DNA from: a virus
IMG/VR virus record: IMGVR_UViG_3300042691_022450
Direction: 5' to 3' (one strand)
DNA: 64,000 bases
The notes under the pieces are model-generated. The model saw nothing but the letters and a program-made list of their open reading frames with translations. It did not search any database and was not told the DNA's origin. Both the position numbers and the translations under genes were made by a program. This document shows, piece after piece, positions 15,812 through 23,560 of this stretch. Within the stretch, counting starts at the first letter, position 1, and every line of letters begins with the position of its first letter.

Positions 15812-17217
15812 ATGCAAACTCTTCAGATGACTGCTGCTCAACGGATGGAAAAGCAATTCTTCATTCAAATGATTCAACTTGTGAATGAAGTGCAAGGTAA
15901 GCAGAAACTTCCTTCTCAAGTTAATTCTTCTCGTAAGTCTGCTTGGTGTAAGAAAGTTTCTAATCCCAAGCAAAAGAAAGATGCACTTGCTCGCATCTAG
16001 TTCTTAATTCTTTCATCTGTCCCACACAAACAACAAACAATGCTGATCAAAACTGTTTTCGATGTTCAAACCAAGCAAGCAGGTTATGCTATTTGTGATC
16101 CTGCCACTGAACGTTGTGGTTTTGTGACTTATAGCATCATCAATGCTATTAAAGCAGGGCAATGTAAAACCTTCGCACAAGTTCAACAACTCATCAATGC
16201 CTGAAATGAATCAAATGTATGAAGTTACTTATCAGGTGCCTTACAACGATTGTGAATGGAGAAGTCAATACTTTAATACTCTACAAGAAGCACAATCAAT
16301 GGTAGAGTTTTATAGGTCTTGTGGATCTCCTGCTAAACTGATTGAACGTAAAGTAAGTAACTGAAATGACTCAAACTCTCACTGAAACCATCTACTCTGA
16401 TGCTCTGTTATTTCTGACTCGATACTTCAATCAGTTTGATGAATGTCAGTTGCAAGAACACGATGATTTGACTATTCAAGACATTGTTGATGTTCTTGGT
16501 TATGCAAGTTTCGAGGAGCATTATCATTCTGATGTAGCATATATTTCTGATATTCAGACACTCAATAAACTTCGTAATGAAATTCGCAATCGGTTCTATC
16601 AATGACTGAACTCATCAATCGAACTCATATGCTTATCGAGGCACTTGAGTATTATATTCAAGACCTCAAAAAGAATAATTGCACTGAAGCATCTATTCAA
16701 GCATACACAACTCTTCTCAAAGAGATTGATGTTGACAACTACTCAGTCATTGATTAAAACAAAGATGAAACGTAAAGAAAAACTTGAACTACTATCTAAA
16801 GCACAAGATGGTAATGAACTTCTTCTAATCGCACAAGCAATTATTAACTCTCAAACCAAATGATTATTCTTCAAAAAGAAAACCACGGTTGTGTTTATAC
16901 AATTGATCCTGATACTCAAGAACTCTTCTATGCCCCCATTCATACAAACAACACTGTAAATCTTTCTGAGTTTGCACCTGTTGATCTATCAAGTGTAGAT
17001 GATGAATATGATGTAATTACGATTCAAAAAGAACTGATTAACCTAAACAAATAGTAATACAATGAATGAAACGTTTGTAAGGTTGAGTGAAGAACAAATC
17101 AATCTGATTATGTTCTGTCTAGAGCAAATGGAATGTGATTTCAATGAGACTGAACAATCATTATGCGAAGCAATCATTGACTCTTTCACCACTGCTCTAG
17201 TAGAGATAAACACTTAA
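15812..17217 (+). CDS. Last early module: run of about 8 small ORFs (15812-16000, 16366-16605, 16860-17054 and several under 60 aa)
   Basis: Abutting short + strand ORFs from the track and read by eye, ending where the non-coding region starts. Confidence 0.55.
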
Positions 17218-17354
17218 TCATAAGATGAAATAATCATTTATAACGATAAAATGTTTTAATTGATAATTAAATTAAATGTATTAAAAAACATATGTTAGTG
17301 TTTTGTGTTGATATAATGATAGTGTTATAATAGTCTTTATATCCTCTTTATACT

Positions 17355-17411
17355 CTTATAAATGCCTCTAGTTCTTGTCTTTAGACACTTATAAATGCCT
17401 CTAGTTCTTGT
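17355..17411 (+). repeat. 24-bp direct repeat
   Basis: CTTATAAATGCCTCTAGTTCTTGT at 17355-17378 and 17388-17411. Confidence 0.9.
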
Positions 17412-17424
17412 TGTCTAGGCCCGC

Positions 17425-17483
17425 ATTATACCATAAGACCCAAAAAAAGTCAAGGGCATTACAGACACTCCTAGGGGTGGCAC
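17425..17483 (-). promoter_or_regulatory. Minus-strand sigma70 promoter with an upstream palindrome copy
   Basis: On the minus strand: GTGCCAcccctaggagTGTC (from 17483), 31-bp gap to the -10; TTGACT(17453-17448)-17 bp-TATAAT(17430-17425), with an extended TG. Confidence 0.8.
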
Positions 17484-17573
17484 AAGACATATAGACAATG
17501 AAACTCCTGAGACTCACACATCTTATGAGTCTTGGGAGTATTTTGCTAGTTACTCGTAAGACTCATAGGTCTC

Positions 17574-17631
17574 AAACCACTGCAGTAACTGGCACATCGT
17601 ATCGTGAGTCTCACTGATTCTGCGATAGACT
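17574..17631 (+). promoter_or_regulatory. Degenerate palindrome promoter pointing into the DnaA-box cluster
   Basis: aaaCCActgcagtaacTGGCAC at 17574-17595, 30-bp gap, TAGACT at 17626-17631. Confidence 0.55.
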
Positions 17632-17691
17632 TATAGGGTCGGGAGGGGAGGGAATATTATAAACTCCCATAACTGATAAGAAATACGCACC

Positions 17692-17868
17692 TGTGGAAAA
17701 ATAGTTTTCCACAGGTTTCATTCATTTCCTATAGGGGAAAGTAATGATTTCCCACAGATAGTTTTCCACAAGTTTATGATGATTTGTAGTGTTTGCAAGG
17801 GTTTATAAGAATTGCCCTGTGGAAAAAGTCTTATAGTTTTCCACAGGTTCGTTATATCTTGTGGAAAA
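17692..17868. promoter_or_regulatory. Cluster of cyanobacterial-type DnaA boxes (TTTTCCACA)
   Basis: Perfect copies: 17692-17700(-), 17705-17713(+), 17762-17770(+), 17818-17826(-), 17837-17845(+), 17860-17868(-). One mismatch: 17748-17756(+). Confidence 0.8.
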
Positions 17869-18003
17869 CTATTCGTGTTAGAATCTCATTCGTCCTGAGA
17901 GTTCGTTATACATAAGAGTTCGTTATAATCATTCGTTGTGCTTATAGTATTATAATATATTCGTCTTATAGTATAATAATATAATAGCAACGTTATGTTT
18001 GAG

Positions 18004-18237
18004 ACCCCCCATAAGGTTTGCTATTTCAATCAGACAGTGCTATACTATTCGTTGTACACAGTTTCTGACATAAACTGATGTCGTCCTCTGAGTATCATAA
18101 ACTCTCGGAGGAGTTCGTTATGCAACCCCCCATAAGGTTTGTTATTCTTATTGACCAAGACTACATAATTCGTGTTGCACAGTTCGTGTTATAAACTGAT
18201 GTCCTCCTTTCGTTATATCTAACCCCCCATAAGGTTT
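18004..18237 (+). repeat. Iteron-like degenerate long repeat
   Basis: ACCCCCCATAAGGTTT at 18004, 18125 and 18222; ATAAACTGATGTC at 18070 and 18191 (121-bp period). Confidence 0.85.
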
Positions 18238-18516
18238 CGTATTAGAATTAAACAGTAATGAATATAAACTATTCGTGATTGTTCGTTTATTATAATTAAA
18301 CAGCACTGTTTGACAGTTATATTTTGTGTTGTTGTATTCTTATACCTAACCGATGCCCCCTTATATAAAATCAATGGGTCCTTCAAGGCTACACCGAACC
18401 GAAAACGAGAGAGTAATTGTCTTTCAAATAAAAAAATTTTTCCAAAAAATTTTTCCAAAAAAGTTGAGGGCACAAGAACAAAAAATGATATATAAGTTTA
18501 GAATTTAATCAAAAAA

Positions 18517-18832
18517 ATGACAATGAGATTAGAAATTGATGATTATGAAAAGGATCTTTTAATTGATACAATTCAGCATAGATTAGACACTGATAAAATC
18601 TTAGTGATTAACAATAGTCTGAAAGAAGAACTTGAAGATCTTCTAAGGAAAGTGGAAGAAGATGAATACGTATAATATTTCAGTAAATGGAAATGAAATA
18701 TTAAGTCAAGTGCCGCAGAATGATTTACAGGAAAATCTGAAACTTATCAGAGGACTTGTATGGACATCTGGGGGAAATGATGGGGATATTACAGTATCTC
18801 TAAATAAGAATGAAAACCATTGCAATGAATGA
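18517..18832 (+). CDS. Two small hypothetical proteins (18517-18675 and 18662-18832)
   Basis: MTMRLEIDDYEKDLL... and MNTYNISVNGNEIL..., read by eye; below the track cutoff. Confidence 0.5.
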
Positions 18833-18848
18833 TTTGTGGTGGTAGAAT
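18820..18848 (+). promoter_or_regulatory. Sigma70-like promoter
   Basis: TTGCAA-17 bp-TAGAAT with an extended TG, upstream of 18884. Confidence 0.6.
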
Positions 18849-18883
18849 ACTAAAGAACAGATTATTTTTCGCAATTATTTTTT

Positions 18884-19633
18884 ATGGCTAAAGGATTTAC
18901 GGTAAAAGCAAAACTTCCGACAGGACCTGTGGAAGGAGAGTTTAATTTAGAAGCAGCAAAAGAAATGATCCGAGGCAAATCAATTGTCTTTTGTTTGCCT
19001 GGACGAGGAGTATCTTATCTGTATCTGAAGAATTTTGTTCAATTATGTTTTGACCTTGTTCAGAACGGAGCAAGTATTCAGATTTCACAAGACTACAGTT
19101 CAATGGTGAACTTTGCACGATGCAAATGTCTTGGAGCAAATGTTCTCAGAGGACCCAAGCAGATTCCTTGGGATGGAAAACTACAGTATGATTATCAACT
19201 CTGGATTGACAGTGATATTGTCTTTGATACTGAGAAGTTCTATCGTCTTGTAGCAATGGACAAAGAGATTGCTGCTGGATGGTACTGCACTGAAGATGGT
19301 CACACCACATCGGTTGCCCATTGGTTACAGGAAGATGATTTCAGAAGCAATGGTGGTGTGATGAACCACGAGACACTGGAGACCATTCAGAAACGTCGTA
19401 AACCATTTACAGTGGATTACACAGGTTTCGGATGGGTTTTGATTAAGAAAGGTGTATTTGAGAATCTTGAGTATCCTTGGTTTGCTCCGAAGATGCAGGT
19501 CTTTGAATCTGGTGAAGTTCAAGATATGTGTGGAGAGGATGTTTCATTCTGTCTTGATGCAAAAGAGGCAGGATATGAGATCTGGTGCGATCCTCAAATT
19601 CGTGTTGGTCACGAAAAGACACGAATCATCTGA
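18884..19633 (+). CDS. Conserved cyanophage protein, GT-A glycosyltransferase-like
   Basis: MAKGFTVKAK start, LWIDSDIVF (DxD motif), TGFGWVLIK, GEDVSFC, VGHEK. Confidence 0.8.
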   Translation: MAKGFTVKAKLPTGPVEGEFNLEAAKEMIRGKSIVFCLPGRGVSYLYLKNFVQLCFDLVQNGASIQISQDYSSMVNFARCKCLGANVLRGPKQIPWDGKLQYDYQLWIDSDIVFDTEKFYRLVAMDKEIAAGWYCTEDGHTTSVAHWLQEDDFRSNGGVMNHETLETIQKRRKPFTVDYTGFGWVLIKKGVFENLEYPWFAPKMQVFESGEVQDMCGEDVSFCLDAKEAGYEIWCDPQIRVGHEKTRII

Positions 19634-19681
19634 TAAGTGTCTAGAAGGTATTTCTTGACCTTCTTTGAAACGTTATGATAG

Positions 19682-19723
19682 AATGTCTCTATAAGGTTTG
19701 TATCGTCTTATAGAGACATTTTT
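19682..19723 (+). terminator. Intrinsic terminator-like hairpin overlapping a sigma70-like promoter
   Basis: 14-bp perfect stem AATGTCTCTATAAG/CTTATAGAGACATT followed by T residues; TTGACC(19655)-18 bp-TAGAAT(19679) overlaps it. Confidence 0.65.
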
Positions 19724-19782
19724 ATTGGCTTGAGAGACTTTATAAAAACCCCCTTATAAAAACCGTTAGATGGAGAACTAAA

Positions 19783-19920
19783 ATGGCACAAAAGAGTCGG
19801 AAGGATATGAAGATTGAGAGTATTCCGAAGAATACTCGACAAGGTGAAGGTAGAAATACTAAATATGCTGCTACGAGTCGCAATGGGGCACGTAAGAAGT
19901 ACCGAGGTCAAGGACGGTAA
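19783..19920 (+). CDS. Small basic conserved cyanophage protein (45 aa)
   Basis: SD GGAG; MAQKSRKDMKIESIPKNTRQG...KKYRGQGR. Confidence 0.75.
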   Translation: MAQKSRKDMKIESIPKNTRQGEGRNTKYAATSRNGARKKYRGQGR

Positions 19921-19922
19921 AT

Positions 19923-20561
19923 ATGGCTTATTTAAACCATAGTCTTCCAGATTGGTCCTGTTATATTCGTAATGAATTTCTTTTTAATCACAAGAAAGGT
20001 CACGGTGAAGTAACTAAATGTGATGTTCATTGTGTTGCTAGTATTGAAAAAAGAGTTCCTTTATTTGAGGCATTCCTTGAGAATGGCGTGAATTGGACTC
20101 GTAGACCTCTTCACGCATTTTGTTGGAAACCAGATGCAGAAATAGAACCTTTAGAGGATCTTATGTACTGGGACTGCTTTTCACCGTATGTTGATGTTCA
20201 AAAACGTGCCCGTCTTGCTGGATTGCAAGCAGAATTGATTCGTCCTGATGGAAAAAAAGTGATTGGGAGATATATGTTTACCCTTGATTGGTCATGGGAA
20301 AATAAAGGAGTCACTGATCTTAATTTTTCAGAGACTCCTGAACATAAATGTGCTCATTTATTCAAGGTGGAAACTGGAAATTACTATGCATATCCAAACA
20401 ATCGCATTATTTGGTATGATAATGCCTGGACTTTCAATAGAATTGACAAAAATCCAGGATATGAAATTGATTTGACAGTATATTCGGTTGAAAATAAAAG
20501 AAAAATCGAAACATCTGATCATTACATGTACGAAATTACAAATTTAAATCAAAATAAATAA
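19923..20561 (+). CDS. Conserved cyanophage hypothetical protein
   Basis: 212 aa; YMFTLDW, EHKCAH and YAYPNNRIIW motifs. Confidence 0.8.
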   Translation: MAYLNHSLPDWSCYIRNEFLFNHKKGHGEVTKCDVHCVASIEKRVPLFEAFLENGVNWTRRPLHAFCWKPDAEIEPLEDLMYWDCFSPYVDVQKRARLAGLQAELIRPDGKKVIGRYMFTLDWSWENKGVTDLNFSETPEHKCAHLFKVETGNYYAYPNNRIIWYDNAWTFNRIDKNPGYEIDLTVYSVENKRKIETSDHYMYEITNLNQNK

Positions 20562-20582
20562 ATTTTTACTAAAGATATTGAG

Positions 20583-20924
20583 TTGAAACAGTTTTCGATG
20601 GGCAATCACCTTCTTTTGGAGGTTTATGATATAGAACACAATCTTCTGAATGATGGTATTTCTCTTCAGGGGGTGATGGAACGTGGAATTGAACGTGCTG
20701 GAATGACTATTTTAAATATTTTTCAGCACTGTTTCTATCCTCAAGGAGTTACGATTGTAATTGCTCTTTCGGAAAGTCATGTTTCGTGTCATACATGGCC
20801 GGAAAGAGGTTGTATTGCCATAGATGTATATACTTGTGGTGAAGGAAATCCAAAATTAGTTGCACTAGAATTGTTGAAGTATTTTAATTCGGATAATTAT
20901 AAACTTCGTCAGTTGGATCGTTAA
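20583..20924 (+). CDS. speD: S-adenosylmethionine decarboxylase proenzyme
   Basis: GNHLL, F.PQGVT, LSESH (autocleavage site), HTWPE, DVYTCG. Confidence 0.92.
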   Translation: MKQFSMGNHLLLEVYDIEHNLLNDGISLQGVMERGIERAGMTILNIFQHCFYPQGVTIVIALSESHVSCHTWPERGCIAIDVYTCGEGNPKLVALELLKYFNSDNYKLRQLDR

Positions 20925-20985
20925 ATAATAATAGAGATAGCAACCTCTTTAAAAGTTCCGGTTTTACTAAAAACAGGAGTTGCAA

Positions 20986-21228
20986 ATGTCTTTTTATCAA
21001 ATTGATAGAAATAAAGATTATATGAGAGAAATGTGGGGAACTACAAGTCTCATTACTGATTACAATCAACAAAAAAATACAAAAAAAGTACTTCAGGAGA
21101 TTATGCACGATCATGCACCAAAGCATGATTTTAAAAAACAAACTGAATTACACGAAAAGATCAGAAATGATGAAGATTATGATGATTGGAATTATGGTAC
21201 AGAACCAGTCTATGGAAAAATTGTCTGA
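20986..21228 (+). CDS. Conserved cyanophage hypothetical protein
   Basis: SD AGGAG, ATG 20986; upstream TAAATA at 20922. Confidence 0.7.
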   Translation: MSFYQIDRNKDYMREMWGTTSLITDYNQQKNTKKVLQEIMHDHAPKHDFKKQTELHEKIRNDEDYDDWNYGTEPVYGKIV

Positions 21229-21265
21229 AAAGTCTTATAGATATATAAAAGACAATTAATCTTAG

Positions 21266-21667
21266 ATGCCAATTAGCATTTCAAGATCTTTTAAAGACAT
21301 TAGTTTGTCTTTTTCACGTCATCCTGTTACAAATGATATTTTAATTTTAAAAAATGAGGATGCAATTAAAAGATCTGTTCTCAATTTAGTTCAAACTCAA
21401 ATTAGTGAGAGGTTCTTCAATAACTTATTGGGAACCTCTGTGAATTCTTCTTTGTTTGAACTTGCAACACAAGAAATAGAGATTATTTTAAAAAGAGAAA
21501 TTGAAACTGTATTAAATAATTTTGAACCAAGAATTAGATTAAATAATATAGAGGTAGAAGTAATTGATGATTATAATGAATTGACCGTTAAAATTGTATA
21601 TGACATTGTTGGACTACCATTACCACTACAGAATATAGAGTTTATTTTACAACCAACTAGAATATAA
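21266..21667 (+). CDS. gp25: Baseplate wedge subunit gp25-like
   Basis: FKDISLSF.RHPVT, AIKRSV.NLV, ERFF, FEPRI. Confidence 0.9.
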   Translation: MPISISRSFKDISLSFSRHPVTNDILILKNEDAIKRSVLNLVQTQISERFFNNLLGTSVNSSLFELATQEIEIILKREIETVLNNFEPRIRLNNIEVEVIDDYNELTVKIVYDIVGLPLPLQNIEFILQPTRI

Positions 21668-23559
21668 TGTCCTTCAATAACTTTACAAACTTAGATTTTA
21701 ATGATTTAAGAACTCAAATTAAGAGTTATTTGAGAGCAAATGCAAATTTTACAGATTTTGATTTTGAAGGATCTAATTTTTCTGTTTTAATTGATATTTT
21801 AGCATATAATTCTTACATTACTGCATTTAACACCAATATGGTGGTGAATGAATCCTTTATTGATAGTGCAACTCTTCGGGAGAATGTTGTTTCTCTTGCA
21901 CGTAATATCGGATATGTACCAAGATCAAAAAGTGCATCAAAGGGAAAAATAAGTTTTTCCGTAAGCACACCTAGAGATTCTAGTGGTAATTTAATTTCAA
22001 AAACAGTTACTTTAAAGGCAGGAGTAGTTGCCTTAGGTGCTGTGGAGGGGGGAAATTATATTTTTTCAATTCCAGAAGATAAAACAGTTGTTGTTGGAAA
22101 TGATGGATTTGCAAATTTCACAGATGTTGAAATTTATGAAGGAACATTTTTAACTAAATCATTTACAATTGACGATTCGCAACCAAATCAAAGATTTTTA
22201 ATTCCAAATGCAAGTGTGGATACATCTACACTTCGTGTGAAAGTTACAAATGTTATAAATGAAAAATATGAGTTATATAATAATATTTTTAAAGTAGACA
22301 AAACTTCAAAATTATTTTTAATACAAGAAGTTAGTGATGAGAAATATGAAATTGTATTTGGTGATAATATTTTAGGAAAAAGACCAATTAGTGGAAGTAC
22401 CGTTCTTGTTTCCTATATTGTAACAAATGGAAAGGAAGGTGATGGTTGCTTTAACTTTACATTTTCAGGAATTTTAGTTGATAATAATCAAACAGCAATC
22501 ACAAGTGGAATTTCTTTAATTACCACAACTCAAGTATCAGAAAATGGTGACGATATTGAGTCTATTGATTCAATTAAATATCTTGGACCAAGAGTCTATG
22601 CCTCCCAGTATCGTGCAGTTACTGCAAATGACTATAAAGGATTAATCCCATCTATTTTTCCAAATGTAGATACTGTTACTGCTTATGGTGGAGAAGAACT
22701 AGACCCACCAGAATATGGAAAAGTTTACATTTCAATAAAACCAAGAAATGGTAAATTTTTATCTCAAATCTCAAAAAATGAGATTAAAAAGCAACTAAAG
22801 CAATATTCAATTGCAGGAATACAACCAGAGATTATTGATTTGAAATATTTGTATGTTGAATTGGAATCCTCTGTATATTATGACAAAAGTTCAACTTCAA
22901 GTGTTACTGATTTACAATCTAGAGTTATTAATTCATTAAAGAGTTATGCAAAATCAACAGAATTGAACAGTTTTGGTGGAAGATTTAAGTATAGTAAAGT
23001 TTCAACGTTAATTGATAGCACAAGCACTGCAGTCACTTCAAATATCACAAAAGTAAAAATAAGAAGAGATTTACAACCAGCACTCAATACTCTTGCAAAT
23101 TATGAACTTTGTTTTGGAAATCAATTTCATATTCAAAAGTTAATTGATGGGAAAGGATATAACATAAAATCTACAGGATTTACTGTCAAAAATATAGCAG
23201 ATAAATTATATTTAAGTGATACACCAAGGACAGATGAAGTTGGAACTATCTTTTTCTTTAGACTTGTGAATGGAGTTCCATTCATTGTAGTAAATAATGC
23301 AGGAGAAGTTAATTACAAAAAAGGAGAAATATTATTAAATCCAGTGATTATAACTTCTTCGGATAATTCTTCGGGAATACAAATTCAAGCAATTCCGGAA
23401 TCAAATGATATCATTTCTTTGAAAGATATATACTTAGAGATGGATACTACTACACTTAAAGTAACTATGCTAGAGGATGTGATAACTTCTGGAGAAAATA
23501 CCTCTGCAACAGAATATCCAGTCACATCTAGTTACAACAACGGAAATTATATAAGATAA
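21667..23559 (+). CDS. gp6: Baseplate wedge subunit gp6
   Basis: LDFNDL, DFDFEGSNFSVLIDILAYN, SATLRENVVSLA, QYRAVTANDY, PPEYGKVYI. Confidence 0.93.
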   Translation: MSFNNFTNLDFNDLRTQIKSYLRANANFTDFDFEGSNFSVLIDILAYNSYITAFNTNMVVNESFIDSATLRENVVSLARNIGYVPRSKSASKGKISFSVSTPRDSSGNLISKTVTLKAGVVALGAVEGGNYIFSIPEDKTVVVGNDGFANFTDVEIYEGTFLTKSFTIDDSQPNQRFLIPNASVDTSTLRVKVTNVINEKYELYNNIFKVDKTSKLFLIQEVSDEKYEIVFGDNILGKRPISGSTVLVSYIVTNGKEGDGCFNFTFSGILVDNNQTAITSGISLITTTQVSENGDDIESIDSIKYLGPRVYASQYRAVTANDYKGLIPSIFPNVDTVTAYGGEELDPPEYGKVYISIKPRNGKFLSQISKNEIKKQLKQYSIAGIQPEIIDLKYLYVELESSVYYDKSSTSSVTDLQSRVINSLKSYAKSTELNSFGGRFKYSKVSTLIDSTSTAVTSNITKVKIRRDLQPALNTLANYELCFGNQFHIQKLIDGKGYNIKSTGFTVKNIADKLYLSDTPRTDEVGTIFFFRLVNGVPFIVVNNAGEVNYKKGEILLNPVIITSSDNSSGIQIQAIPESNDIISLKDIYLEMDTTTLKVTMLEDVITSGENTSATEYPVTSSYNNGNYIR

Positions 23560-23560
23560 A

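Larger units (their letters stand above)
17220..18480. other. Large non-coding control region, putative replication origin
   Basis: No credible ORFs. Contains an AT-rich tract, direct and inverted repeats, divergent promoters and a DnaA-box cluster. Confidence 0.7.

Noticed and set aside
548-16602. Minus-strand ORFs in the early region
   Set aside because: They overlap well-supported, tightly packed + strand genes, and all promoters there point in the + direction.
17692-17713. TGTGGAAAA...TTTTCCACA as just a terminator hairpin
   Set aside because: The 9-mer also occurs unpaired and at different spacings, and no gene ends nearby; a protein-binding-site cluster fits better.
18219-18495. ORFs 18219..18473(-) and 18310..18495(+)
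   Set aside because: They run through repeats and A/T tracts, with no SD and no protein-like composition; probably chance ORFs.
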